Positions 1 through 12,774 of a stretch of DNA of 35,429 nt are shown here, piece after piece (positions within the stretch are counted from its first letter, which is position 1; each line of letters begins with the position of its first letter). Made by a program: the position numbers and the translations under genes. A model generated the notes under the pieces. The model did no database searches, was not told the DNA's origin, and saw nothing but the letters and a program-made list of their open reading frames with translations. This DNA comes from Myxococcales bacterium (GTDB lineage Bacteria > Myxococcota > Myxococcia > Myxococcales > Anaeromyxobacteraceae). The stretch is from the NCBI GenBank assembly GCA_038320275.1, contig JBBQEB010000017.1, positions 1 through 35,429 on the forward strand. Reading direction: 5' to 3'.

Positions 1-770
1 TGGAGTGGTCGGAACACGAGGGGCGGGGCTCGGCCGCGCTCCGCTTCGCCCAGGTCACCGCCTCCACCCGCTCGCGCACCGAGGCGCTCCTCGTGCGCCT
101 TCCCGCGCTGGCCGGGGCCGTGCTCCTGAGTGACGAGGGGCCGCCGATCGCCTTGGGAGAGCCGGTGCTCCGGCACGAGCGCCGTCCGGGAGAGGCAGCC
201 GCGGGGCTGGTGCGCTCGCGCCCGGACGCCTTTGCACAGGCGAATCGGAAGGCCAACGCGCACCTGGTGGAGACCGCGCTCGCCATGCTCGCTCCCGCCG
301 GCGAGGCCGTGCTGGAGCTGTTCTGCGGTGCGGGAAACTTCACCGCGCCGCTCGCCGCCCTGGGCTCGAGCGTGCACGCTGTCGAGGTGCAGGGGCCCGC
401 TCTCGACCTTGCCCGCGCCGACGCTGCCGCGGGTCCGGCTGCCGGATACCCCGAGGCCGCCGGGAAGGTTCGCTTCTTCGCGGGCGACGCGCTGGGCCTC
501 GCCCGCGCCTTCGGCCGGGAGACCGGGGCGTCTGCCCGCCGCTTCCGCACCGCGCTCCTCGATCCGCCGCGCGAGGGGGCGCGCGGCGCGGGCCAGGCGC
601 TGCTCGAGCTGGGGGTGGAGCGGGTGGTGTACGTCTCCTGCGATCCCGCCACGCTGGCGCGCGACCTGCGGGGCTTCGTGGACGCCGGCTTCGCCATCCG
701 GGCGGTGCAGCCGGTGGACATGTTTCCCCAGACACACCACGTCGAGGCGGTGGCGCTCCTCGAACGTTGA
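1..770 (+). CDS. 23S rRNA (uracil-C5)-methyltransferase RlmD/RumA family, 5'-truncated by the window edge
   Basis: Frame is open from position 3. Motifs FAQAN, ELFCGAGNF (SAM), LDPPR, YVSCDPATLARD (catalytic Cys) and DMFPQTHHVE. Confidence 0.9.
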   Translation, partial: EWSEHEGRGSAALRFAQVTASTRSRTEALLVRLPALAGAVLLSDEGPPIALGEPVLRHERRPGEAAAGLVRSRPDAFAQANRKANAHLVETALAMLAPAGEAVLELFCGAGNFTAPLAALGSSVHAVEVQGPALDLARADAAAGPAAGYPEAAGKVRFFAGDALGLARAFGRETGASARRFRTALLDPPREGARGAGQALLELGVERVVYVSCDPATLARDLRGFVDAGFAIRAVQPVDMFPQTHHVEAVALLER

Positions 771-786
771 GCCCTGCAGGCGGCCC

Positions 787-2301
787 TCACGCCCCCTCGC
801 GCCGCTCCCCCGGCCAGCCCGCGCGCGGGCCCGCGTACACCACCCGGCCCGCCGCGAGCTCGAGGACGTGGCCGATGGAGGGGACGAGATCCTCGCGGTG
901 GTGGGTGACCAGCAGCACCTGCGTGCCCGCCCGGCAGAGCCCTTCGACGTCCGCGAGCAGCGCCTCCCGGCTGGGCGCATCCAGCCCGTCACAGGGCTCG
1001 TCCAGCACCAGGAGCTCCGGGTCGCGCACCAGCGCGCGCGCGAGGAGGAGCTTGCGCAGCTCGCCGTAGGAGACGGCGTGGACGTGGCGGCCCGCGAGAT
1101 GGGCGACGCCCAGGCGGGCCATGCAGCGCGCCGCGGCCGCCCGCTCTGCCTCGCCCGGCGCCTCCGGCAGGCCGATGCTCGCGGTGAACCCGGAGGCCAC
1201 CACGTCCTCGGCGAGGAGGTTGGCGCGGTGGCGGGCCTGCAGCTCCGGGGAGACGATGCCCACCCGCGCCTTCACCTCCCAGACGCTGGCGCGCTCGCCC
1301 AGCTCGAGGCGCGAGACGCGCCCGCCCGGCATGGCCTGCTCGTCCCCCACCACGAGCCGAAGCAGCGTCGACTTCCCGGCGCCATTGGGGCCCACCACAG
1401 CCCAGCTCTCGCCCGCGCGCACCTTCCAGGTGAGCCCGTGCAGCACCTCTTTCCCCTCGACCCGCACGTCGGCGTTCTCGATGGACACGAGCGTCCGCCC
1501 CGGCGCGTTGCCCGGAGCGCGGCGCGGCGCCGGCGAAGGAGGGCGCTCGCCCGCGGCCGCCGCGACCGGAAGGGCGTGGCGGCGCAGCACCGCTTCGCGC
1601 GGTCCCTGCGCCAGGATGCGCCCCCCGTGCAGCACCGCCACCTGCGTGATCTCGGGGACGAGCTCGCCGTGGCGGTGGGTGGCGAGGACGAGCGGCGTGC
1701 CCTCCCGCGCCACCCGCGAGACGAGCGCCAGGAAGGAGGCGCGCGAGGGCGCGTCGAGCCCGTGACAGGGCTCGTCCAGGAAGAGCAGGCGCGGTCTGCC
1801 CACCAGCGCCCGGGCCAGGAGGACCTTGCGTGCCTCGCCGCTGGAAAGCTCCAGCATGGAGCGGCCTGCCAGGTGCGCCACGCCCAGCGTCGACAGCACC
1901 TCCTCCACCCGGGCCACCTGCACCTCCGTCGCGGCCTCGGGAGGCCAGACGGTGTCCGTGAACCCGCTCCGGACCGCCGCCTCCACCGGCAGCGCCCAGT
2001 CGCGGCGCACGTACTCCTGCTGCAGCTCCGGCGAGACGAGCCCGATCCGCACCCGGACGCCGATGGGGCTCTCCTCGGGCCCGGCTCCCAGGTGAAAGAC
2101 CCGCCGCCCGCCGCCGTCGTAGTGGGGCCAGACGTCGCCGCGCAGGAGCCCGAGGAGCGTCGACTTGCCCGAGCCGTTGGGGCCCAGGATTCCCCAGGAG
2201 ACGCCCTCCCGCAGCGCGAAGTCGATCCCCGAGAGGACGGACACGCCGCCGAGCCGCACCTCGACTCCCTGAAGCTGCACGAGCGGCGGGGGCGCGTCCA
2301 C
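787..2301 (-). CDS. Twin-domain ABC ATPase, ModF-like
   Basis: Two ABC cassettes: GPNGSGKST/LSSGE/FLDEP and GPNGAGKST/VSYGE/VLDEP. The IGLVSPELQ and SGF segments are typical of ModF. No TM domain. Confidence 0.8.
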   Translation of the reverse strand: MDAPPPLVQLQGVEVRLGGVSVLSGIDFALREGVSWGILGPNGSGKSTLLGLLRGDVWPHYDGGGRRVFHLGAGPEESPIGVRVRIGLVSPELQQEYVRRDWALPVEAAVRSGFTDTVWPPEAATEVQVARVEEVLSTLGVAHLAGRSMLELSSGEARKVLLARALVGRPRLLFLDEPCHGLDAPSRASFLALVSRVAREGTPLVLATHRHGELVPEITQVAVLHGGRILAQGPREAVLRRHALPVAAAAGERPPSPAPRRAPGNAPGRTLVSIENADVRVEGKEVLHGLTWKVRAGESWAVVGPNGAGKSTLLRLVVGDEQAMPGGRVSRLELGERASVWEVKARVGIVSPELQARHRANLLAEDVVASGFTASIGLPEAPGEAERAAAARCMARLGVAHLAGRHVHAVSYGELRKLLLARALVRDPELLVLDEPCDGLDAPSREALLADVEGLCRAGTQVLLVTHHREDLVPSIGHVLELAAGRVVYAGPRAGWPGERREGA

Positions 2302-2324
2302 GGGGTGAGGGCTATAGTCGGCCG

Positions 2325-3746
2325 ATGGAGGCGCGCCTCGTCGAGTTCGCCCGGCTCCTGCGGGAGAACGGCCTCCGCATCTCGCCGGCGGAGGTGGCGG
2401 ATGCCGCCCGGGCCGCCGCGCTGGTGGGTGCCGGAGCCCGGGAGCCGTTCCGGGACGCGTTGCGGGCCACGCTGGTGAAGCGCTCCTCCGACGCGGCGCT
2501 CTTCGACGCGCTCTTCGGCGTGTACTTCTCCGGGCTGGGGCGGTCGCTCGAGCGGCTCGACCGCGGCCTCCTCGCCGACCTCGCGTGCGAGGGGCCTGGT
2601 GCCCTCCTCGACGTGGAGAGCCTGCGCGCGGTCGCGCGCGCCCTGGAGGCGTTGCTTCCAGGGATGTCGCCGCTCGCGCGGGCGGTGCTTGCAGGCGAGC
2701 GCGGTGAGGTAGCCGGGCTGTTCGAGCTCTCGGCGCGCGGCCTCGACTTTGGTGCGCTCTCCACGCCCTCGCAGGTGGGCTTCTACGGCCGGCGCATCCT
2801 CAGCGGCGCCGGCGGGGAGGGCGCCTCGCGCGAGCTCGCAGCGCTCCCGGCGGCGCTGGCGGCGCGGGGCGTCTCGGCGCGCGCCCTGGAGCTCGTGGGC
2901 GAGCGACTGCGGGAGATCCTGCACGCGCTGGAGGAGGCCGCGCGGGGGCACGCAGACGGGGAGCGGCGCGCCCGCGCGGAGGCCCGCCGCCATCGCAGCC
3001 TCTCTCCCTCCGGCTTCGGCGCGCTCTCTCGCGAGGACGTCGCCCGCACCGAGCTCGCGGTCCGCCGGCTGGCGGAGCGGCTCCACTCGCGCCTCGCGGC
3101 GAGGGAGCGCGCACGGCGGGGGGCGCTGAACGTCCGCCGCACCTTGCGGCTCAACATGGGGCTCTCCGGGATGCCGGCGCGGCTCGCCTGGCGCCGCAAG
3201 AGGCCCGAGCGCCCCGACGTGGTGGTGCTCTGCGACGTCTCGGACTCGGTGCGCCACGTCGCGCGCCTCATGCTCCTCTTCCTGCATACGCTGCAGGGCG
3301 TGTTCACGCGGGTGCGCAGCTTCGTCTTCGTCTCCGAGGTGGGCGAGGTCACCGCTGCGTTCCGGCGGGAGCGCGACCCGGCCCGGGCGGCCGAGCTCGC
3401 CACCTCGGGTGATGGGGTGAGCGTCGCCGGAAACTCGAACTACGGCCGGGCGCTGAAGCAGTTCCACGAGCGCCACCGCGCGGTGGTCACGCGCCGAACC
3501 ACCGTGCTCGTCATCGGCGACGGCCGGAACAACTACCACCCGCCGCACGCGTGGGTGCTGGACGAGCTGCGGAGACGCTCCAGGCGCCTGCTCTGGATCT
3601 GCCCCGAGGAGCGCTGGGGCTGGGGGCAGGGGGACAGCGAGATGCTGGTCTACGCCCCCAAGGTGGAGCGGGTGGCGGTGGTCACCACGCTGGCCGAGCT
3701 GGAGGGGCTCGCGGACGTGCTCGTGCCACGCCGCGCGCGCAGGTGA
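2325..3746 (+). CDS. VWA domain protein, CoxE-like
   Basis: N-terminal FARLLRENGL..S..E segment, LNVRRTLRLN, MIDAS DVSDS, NSNYG, IGDGRNN and WICPE..WG.GDS. Confidence 0.85.
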   Translation: MEARLVEFARLLRENGLRISPAEVADAARAAALVGAGAREPFRDALRATLVKRSSDAALFDALFGVYFSGLGRSLERLDRGLLADLACEGPGALLDVESLRAVARALEALLPGMSPLARAVLAGERGEVAGLFELSARGLDFGALSTPSQVGFYGRRILSGAGGEGASRELAALPAALAARGVSARALELVGERLREILHALEEAARGHADGERRARAEARRHRSLSPSGFGALSREDVARTELAVRRLAERLHSRLAARERARRGALNVRRTLRLNMGLSGMPARLAWRRKRPERPDVVVLCDVSDSVRHVARLMLLFLHTLQGVFTRVRSFVFVSEVGEVTAAFRRERDPARAAELATSGDGVSVAGNSNYGRALKQFHERHRAVVTRRTTVLVIGDGRNNYHPPHAWVLDELRRRSRRLLWICPEERWGWGQGDSEMLVYAPKVERVAVVTTLAELEGLADVLVPRRARR

Positions 3747-3763
3747 GCGCGTGCGCGGCGCGG

Positions 3764-3793
3764 TTGACGCCGCCGGGCACCGCCGCCTACCTT
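3764..3793 (+). promoter_or_regulatory. Putative sigma70 promoter of miaB
   Basis: TTGACG-N18-TACCTT, 10 nt before ATG 3804. Confidence 0.55.
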
Positions 3794-3803
3794 CGGGCGC
3801 TCC

Positions 3804-5243
3804 ATGTCCGATGTGCCCCTGCGAGAGATGGTGGACCGCGCCCGCGCGCCCGCCCTGATCAGTGCGAGCGCCGTGAAGGGACCGGAAGCCAGCGCACCGT
3901 CGGCCGCCGGGCGCACCGTGTTCGTCCACACCTTCGGCTGCCAGATGAACGACTCCGACAGCGCGCGCATGGTGGAGCTGCTCGGGCGCAACGGCTTCGC
4001 GGCCGTGGCGCACCCGGAGGACGCCGACCTCATCCTCCTCAACACCTGCGCCGTCCGCGAGAAGGCGGAGCAGAAGCTGCTCTCGGCGCTGGGCCGCTAC
4101 CGCCAGCACAAGGCGCGCCGGGGCACGCTCCTCGGCGTGGGCGGGTGCGTGGCGCAGGGCGAGAAGGAGCGGCTCCTCCGGCGCGTGCCGTACCTCGACT
4201 TCGTCTTCGGGCCGGACAACATCGCTCGCCTGCCGCAGATGGTCGAGCGGGCTCGCCGGGAGCGATTCGCCGAGACCGGCTGGATGCCCTCGGAGGAGTA
4301 CCTCTTCCCGCGCGCCGACCCCGACGCCGCGCGCGGGCGGGCGAGCGCCTTCGTCACCGCCATGAAGGGCTGCGACAACGTCTGCTCCTTCTGCATCGTC
4401 CCGTACACCCGCGGGCGCGAGGTCTCCCGCCCGGCGGCCGAGGTCCTGGCCGAGTGCGCGGCGCTCTCCGCGGTGGGCGTGCGTGAGGTGACGCTCATCG
4501 GGCAGAACGTGAACTCTTACGCGGGCGGCTGCGACTTCGCGGACCTCCTGCGCGGCGTGGCGGCGCTCCCGGGCGTCGAGCGCGTGCGCTTCACCACGAG
4601 CCACCCCCACGACCTCTCCGACCGGCTGGTGGAGGTCTTCGCGGACGAGCCGCGGGTCATGCCGCACTTCCACCTGCCGGTGCAGTCCGGCTCGGACGCG
4701 GTGCTCGCCCGCATGCGTCGCGACTACTCGGCCGCCGGGTACCTGGCGCGCCTCGACCGGCTGCGCGCCGCCCGCCCCGGGATCGCCGTCACCACCGACT
4801 TCATCGTCGGGTTCCCCGGCGAGACCGACGCCGACTTCGAGGCCTCGCTGGCCCTCCTGGAGCGGGCGCGCTTCGAGGGCTCCTTCTCCTTCGTCTACAG
4901 CCCGCGCCCGCACACCGGGGCGGCCCGCCGCCTGGGGAGCGCGCCCGAGTGGCTGGAGGTGCCGCGCGAGGTGGCGGTGGCGCGGCTGGAGCGCCTGCAG
5001 GCCGCGCAGCGGGCGATCACCTCCGCACATCTCCGCGCGGCGCTGGGGCGAACGGTGCGGGTGCTGGTGGAGGGAGCCATCGACGGCGACGAGGCCCGCC
5101 GCTTCGGCCGGACCCCCGAGAACCATGGCGTGCACCTCGAGGCGAGCCCCGAGCGCGCGCCGGCGGGCGCGGTGGTGGACGTCCTCGTCACGCGCGCCCA
5201 TGCGAGCTCGCTCTCCGGAGAGCTGGCGCCGGGCCCGGCATGA
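3804..5243 (+). CDS. miaB: tRNA-2-methylthio-N6-isopentenyladenosine synthase MiaB
   Basis: UPF0004 Cys motifs FGCQMN, NTCAVRE and GCVAQ. Radical SAM motif CDNVCSFC..PYTRGRE, RFTTSHP, HLPVQSGS, DFIVGFPGET, C-terminal TRAM domain. Confidence 0.95.
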   Translation: MSDVPLREMVDRARAPALISASAVKGPEASAPSAAGRTVFVHTFGCQMNDSDSARMVELLGRNGFAAVAHPEDADLILLNTCAVREKAEQKLLSALGRYRQHKARRGTLLGVGGCVAQGEKERLLRRVPYLDFVFGPDNIARLPQMVERARRERFAETGWMPSEEYLFPRADPDAARGRASAFVTAMKGCDNVCSFCIVPYTRGREVSRPAAEVLAECAALSAVGVREVTLIGQNVNSYAGGCDFADLLRGVAALPGVERVRFTTSHPHDLSDRLVEVFADEPRVMPHFHLPVQSGSDAVLARMRRDYSAAGYLARLDRLRAARPGIAVTTDFIVGFPGETDADFEASLALLERARFEGSFSFVYSPRPHTGAARRLGSAPEWLEVPREVAVARLERLQAAQRAITSAHLRAALGRTVRVLVEGAIDGDEARRFGRTPENHGVHLEASPERAPAGAVVDVLVTRAHASSLSGELAPGPA

Positions 5244-5605
5244 ACGGCCGCGCCCGCCTCGCCTGGTGCGCCGTGGCGGCGTACATGGGCCTCATCTTCT
5301 ACCTTTCCACGCAGTCGAACCCGCTCCCCGAGCTCACCTCGCGCGTCTGGGACAAGCTCCTCCACGGGGTGGAGTACGGCACGCTGGGCGGGCTCGTCCT
5401 CCTCGCGCTGCGGGCGAGCGGCGCTGGCCTCCGGCGGGCGCTTCCGCTGGCCGTCCTCGTGGCAAGCCTCTACGGGGTGACCGACGAGCTGCACCAGGCC
5501 TTCGTGCCCAACCGCTCCTGCGACGTGCGGGACTGGATCGCCGACACGCTCGGTGCATGCGCCGGTGCGGCGGCCACCGCGGGAGCCTTGCGAGCCCTCA
5601 GGTAG
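5240..5605 (+). CDS. VanZ family membrane protein
   Basis: ATG overlaps the miaB stop (ATGA). Motifs IFYLS, DKLLH..EY..L, DELHQAFVPNR and D.IAD..G. Confidence 0.88.
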   Translation: MNGRARLAWCAVAAYMGLIFYLSTQSNPLPELTSRVWDKLLHGVEYGTLGGLVLLALRASGAGLRRALPLAVLVASLYGVTDELHQAFVPNRSCDVRDWIADTLGACAGAAATAGALRALR

Positions 5606-5653
5606 CGGGCTAGCATGCGCGGCTTCCACCGCTCCACTCGAGGTGCGTCCCGC

Positions 5654-6184
5654 ATGGCGACAGTCCGGCCCTTCGGCGGCAAGGCGCCGACCGTCCACCC
5701 CTCGGCCTTCCTCGTCGAAGGTTCGCTGGTGATCGGCGACGTGGACATCGCCCAGGACTGCTCGGTCTGGTTCGGGGCCATCGTCCGGGGCGACGTGAAC
5801 TCCATCCGCATCGGCGCGCGCTCCAACGTCCAGGACCAGAGCGTCATCCACGTCACGAATCACACCCATCCCACCGTGGTGGGCGAGGACGTCACCTTGG
5901 GTCCCAGGGTGACGCTGCACGGCTGCACGGTGAAGGACCGCTGCCTCATCGGCATCGGCGCGGTGGTCATGGACGGCGCGGTGGTGGGAGAGGATGCCAT
6001 GGTGGGCGCGGGCTCGCTCGTGCCGCCGAGGATGGTCGTGCCGCCGCGCACGCTGGCGGTGGGCTCACCGGCCAAGGTGAAGCGCGACCTCACCGACGCC
6101 GAGGTCGCGTTCTTCCGCACCTCCGCGCAGAACTACGTGCGCTACGCCCAGCAGTACCTGCGGGAGGGCTGGGCGGGCCGCTGA
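5654..6184 (+). CDS. Gamma-carbonic anhydrase family (YrdA-like) hexapeptide-repeat protein
   Basis: IGDV, WFGAIVRGD, IG.RSNVQD..VIH, LHGC, IGIGAVVMDGA and GSPAK. GAGGTG SD upstream of ATG 5654. Confidence 0.9.
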   Translation: MATVRPFGGKAPTVHPSAFLVEGSLVIGDVDIAQDCSVWFGAIVRGDVNSIRIGARSNVQDQSVIHVTNHTHPTVVGEDVTLGPRVTLHGCTVKDRCLIGIGAVVMDGAVVGEDAMVGAGSLVPPRMVVPPRTLAVGSPAKVKRDLTDAEVAFFRTSAQNYVRYAQQYLREGWAGR

Positions 6185-6241
6185 GCCTCGCGCGGGGCCT
6201 CCAGGCTGGCCTCGCAAGGAGCCCCGAGCCCCACCACGGCG

Positions 6242-6943
6242 ATGCTGGAGAGACTGGTCGAGGCGCTCGGTGAGCAGTCGCTCGGGCTGGGCTACGCCTT
6301 CGTGTTCGGCGCGCTCCTCCTCTGTGGGTTCGGGCTGCCCGTGCCGGAGGACGTGGTGCTGGTGACCGGCGGCGTGCTCGCCTGGCTCGCCTCGCCGCTC
6401 GAGCGCGTCACCGTGCGCACGCTGGCGGCGGACAGCGGTTTCCGCACCATGGCGCTGGTGGGGCTGGCCGGGATCCTCGCGGGCGACTCCGTCATCTACT
6501 TTCTCGGCCGCCGCCTGGGAGCGCGCGTCGCCGAGTTCCGCTTCCTGCGCCGGCTCGTCCCTCCGGAGAAGCTCGAGGAGGTGGAGAAGCAGCTCCGCCG
6601 TCGCGGCACCGTGGTCGTCATGCTGGCCCGCTACCTCCCCGGGCTGCGCGCCCCCACCTTCTTCACGGTGGGTCACTCGCGACTACCGTACTGGGAGTTC
6701 CTGCTCTACGACGGCCTGGCCGCGCTGGTGTCCGCGCCGCTGTGGGTGGCGCTGGGCTTCTGGTTCGGCGACGACATCGGGCGGGCGGCGCGCGAGGCCA
6801 CCCGTTTCGGGCACTACATCCTGCTCGCGGTGGCGGTGGTGTCGTTCGCGCTCGCAGCGCGCTGGATGCAGCGGCGGCGGGCGTCGCAGGCGGCGCGCCG
6901 GGCGCGCTCGCGCGAGCCGGCGGACGGCGCCGGCGACCGCTGA
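6242..6943 (+). CDS. DedA family membrane protein
   Basis: GLPVPEDVVLVTGG, GDSVIYFLGR and ARYLPGLR motifs. AAGGAG upstream. Confidence 0.9.
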   Translation: MLERLVEALGEQSLGLGYAFVFGALLLCGFGLPVPEDVVLVTGGVLAWLASPLERVTVRTLAADSGFRTMALVGLAGILAGDSVIYFLGRRLGARVAEFRFLRRLVPPEKLEEVEKQLRRRGTVVVMLARYLPGLRAPTFFTVGHSRLPYWEFLLYDGLAALVSAPLWVALGFWFGDDIGRAAREATRFGHYILLAVAVVSFALAARWMQRRRASQAARRARSREPADGAGDR

Positions 6944-8473
<1,530 letters not shown>

Positions 8474-8478
8474 AGGTG

Positions 8479-10080
<1,602 letters not shown>

Positions 10081-10176
10081 GGCGGGCGCTGCGCGTTGCG
10101 GGGGTGGGCACATGTCGGCGGAGTGGCCATCGCGCGCACGTCGCCCCGCGTACCTTGGTCAAGGTAGTATCGCGGC

Positions 10177-11835
10177 ATGATTCGCCGCGTTCTCCTCGCG
10201 AGCCTCCTCGCGCCGCTCGTCGCCTGCCAGGACTACAACTTCAACCCGGTCGGCAAGTGCATCATCCAGCCGGGCTCCTCGCGCATCCAGCTCGCCAACG
10301 TCGCCACCGCGGACCTCCTCTTCGTGGTGGACGACTCCGGGTCGATGCAGGCGGAGCAGGCGAGCCTCGCCCGGAACTTCGGCTCGTTCATCGCGGCCCT
10401 GGCGCGCACGCAGGCGGAGCGCGCCGCCAACGGGCAGCAGCCGTTCGAGTTCCACATCGCGGTGACGACCTCGTCGGTGTTCGAGGGCTGGCAGCCCTCC
10501 GGCGCGCCGCAGTGCAAGGCGCAGCAGACGAACGGGCCCCTCACCTGCAACGTGCTGCAGCCGACCTACAGCTGGAAGGACCCGTACTCCTACGCCTGCA
10601 CCACGGCCGGCTCGGATTGCGGGGACCTCATCCAGAACTACCACTTCCTCGGGTGTACCAACGGCGGCGTGTCGACGGACAAGGCGCCCTACTGGTCGGG
10701 CGGGTTCGTCGCCAACGGCGGCAATCCCCGGGTCCTCCACTTCACGAAGGACCTCGACTGGGGAAGCTGGGGGACCGCCTCGGTCGATCCGAAGCTCACC
10801 GCCCTCGTCGGGCAGTTCCAGCAGAACATCAACGTCGGCACCTGCGGGTCGGGCATGGAGCAGCACTTCGAGGCGGGCCGGCTGGCGGTGGAGAAGGCGC
10901 TGCGGCAGGGCGGCCTCAGCCAGCCCGACGTCGCGGCGAGCGAGTGGCCGCACCCGGGCGCGAAGATGGTGGTGGTGTTCCTGGGCGACGAGGACGACTG
11001 CTCCTCGCCCAACGATCCGCTGAAGGGGCTCTTCTTCACAGCCGACCGCAATGCCCCCGGCAACGACGTCTGCCTCGACGACGAGCTCAAGCCGGCGGCC
11101 GAGCAGAAGATGTTCTCCGTCCAGCAGTACGCCGATTACTTCACCAGCCTGAACCGCCCCTTTGGCGCCGCCTTCATCTACTCGGCGGTGAACTGCCACG
11201 TGGACCCGCAGGGTAACACCGTGTGCGATCCGGGCCTCTGCAGCTGCGAGTGCCCTCCGGGCTGCGCGAGCTGCGGCCCCAGCGCGACGGGCGCCTGCCA
11301 GCTCCCGGCGGAGTGCAGCGGCAAGAGCACCGGCTATCGCTTCAACCGGCTGTCGTCGGCCTTGCGAGCGAAGGGTGTCGCGACGCTCGACGCCTCCGTC
11401 TGCAGCTACGACTTCGGCAAGACGCTGCAGGGGATCGCCGAGCTGGTGAAGCCTCCCCCCGGCCTCACCTTGCCGTCCCTGCCGGCCGACAAGTCGGTGT
11501 CCGTCCTGCGCATCGAGAGCACCGACGGGAAGACGTCGCGCTATTGCAGCGGCCCCGGCCCGGGCCTCGACTGGTCGTTCGTGGATTGCAAGAGCGGCGC
11601 GCAGGTCGTCGACGCCACCACGGCCTGCATCGCCATCAATCACGACAGCGGGCGCTGCGAGCCGAACCCTGGCGAGACGTACATCATGCAGTACCTCGGC
11701 ATGGTGCCTGAGGGCGGGTGCACCTCCAGCGACGCCTGCTCGGCGAAGCTCGGCGGGAGCTCCGGAGACTGGACCTGCCAGAAGTCCCCCGGCCAGACCG
11801 TGGGGACCTGTCTGTGCAGCGGCAGCGCCGGGTAG
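10177..11835 (+). CDS. Cys-rich VWA-domain lipoprotein (myxobacterial surface protein)
   Basis: Signal peptide with lipobox LVAC, MIDAS DLLFVVDDSGSM, VGTCGSGME and VVVFLGDEDD. 29 Cys counted. Confidence 0.8.
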   Translation: MIRRVLLASLLAPLVACQDYNFNPVGKCIIQPGSSRIQLANVATADLLFVVDDSGSMQAEQASLARNFGSFIAALARTQAERAANGQQPFEFHIAVTTSSVFEGWQPSGAPQCKAQQTNGPLTCNVLQPTYSWKDPYSYACTTAGSDCGDLIQNYHFLGCTNGGVSTDKAPYWSGGFVANGGNPRVLHFTKDLDWGSWGTASVDPKLTALVGQFQQNINVGTCGSGMEQHFEAGRLAVEKALRQGGLSQPDVAASEWPHPGAKMVVVFLGDEDDCSSPNDPLKGLFFTADRNAPGNDVCLDDELKPAAEQKMFSVQQYADYFTSLNRPFGAAFIYSAVNCHVDPQGNTVCDPGLCSCECPPGCASCGPSATGACQLPAECSGKSTGYRFNRLSSALRAKGVATLDASVCSYDFGKTLQGIAELVKPPPGLTLPSLPADKSVSVLRIESTDGKTSRYCSGPGPGLDWSFVDCKSGAQVVDATTACIAINHDSGRCEPNPGETYIMQYLGMVPEGGCTSSDACSAKLGGSSGDWTCQKSPGQTVGTCLCSGSAG

Positions 11836-11948
11836 GGCCGGGTGTGGAAGGCCGCGCCCGCTTCGGCTGGCGCGGCCCCGCGCGTTCACATAGGGTCTAG
11901 GGCCCGGCGGCCGGCGGGTCGCCCGGGCTCACCGTGAGGACGCGCCTC

Positions 11949-12752
11949 ATGACCCGATTCCTCCGTACCCTGACCTTGCCCATCGTTCTCTGCGCGTCCG
12001 GCCCCGCGGACGGCCAGGCTCCGGCTCCGGCTCCGGCGGTGCACACCGCTGCGGGCGTGCCCGACCCGGCGGTGGAGGGGCTCCTCGCCCGCGCGGATGC
12101 GGCCTGGCGCCGCCGCGACGAGCCTGGGCAGCTCGACGCCATTCGCAAAGCGCTGGACGAGGCGGAGAAGGCTTCGCCCAAGGACTACGGCGTCCTCTGG
12201 CGCCAGTCCCGGCTCCTGTTCTGGAGCTCTGACGATCCTGGCCTCGCCGACGACGAGAAGAGCCAGCTCGGAAAGAAGGGCTGGGATTACGGCGAGCGCG
12301 CCGCCGCCCTCAACCCGAACGGGGTCGAGGGGTGGTACTACGCCGCGCTCGGGATGGGGAACTACTCCCTCGGCATCGGTGTCCTGAAGGCGCTCGGGCA
12401 GGGGATCGAAGGAAAGTTCAAGGATCGCCTGGGAAGGGCCGAGCGCATCGAGGCGGATTACCACGATGCGGGCATCTACAATGCGTGGGGCCGCTTCTAT
12501 TACAAGCTGCCCTGGCCCAAGTACGACGCCGGCAAGAGCGAGTCGAACCTGCGCAAGTCCTTGCGGGTCAACCCCGACAATGTACGAGGTCGGGTTTATC
12601 TGGCCGAGCTATACCTGAAGGAAGACCATCCGAAGGAAGCCCGCAAGCTTCTGGAGGAGGCCGCCGCCCACGAACCGGGCTCCTACGATCCGCCGGAAGA
12701 ACGGCGCTACCAGAAGCGCGCGCGCGACCTCATCGCCGGTCTGAAGGGCTGA
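11949..12752 (+). CDS. Secreted TPR-repeat protein
   Basis: Signal-like N-terminus, an APAPAP linker, then helical repeats (VLWRQSR, AAALNP...GWYYAA, AWGRFYYKLP, NPDN...YLAELYL). Start could be GTG 11934. Confidence 0.75.
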   Translation: MTRFLRTLTLPIVLCASGPADGQAPAPAPAVHTAAGVPDPAVEGLLARADAAWRRRDEPGQLDAIRKALDEAEKASPKDYGVLWRQSRLLFWSSDDPGLADDEKSQLGKKGWDYGERAAALNPNGVEGWYYAALGMGNYSLGIGVLKALGQGIEGKFKDRLGRAERIEADYHDAGIYNAWGRFYYKLPWPKYDAGKSESNLRKSLRVNPDNVRGRVYLAELYLKEDHPKEARKLLEEAAAHEPGSYDPPEERRYQKRARDLIAGLKG

Positions 12753-12774
12753 GGCAGCGAGGGGGAGGACCGAC

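Noticed and set aside
10095..10104. GTTGCGGGGG just after guaA matches the tRNA-fMet 3' end (26621-26630): possible att duplication
   Set aside because: Only 10 bp and G-rich, no integrase is present, and the enclosed 16 kb looks like native genes. Likely chance.
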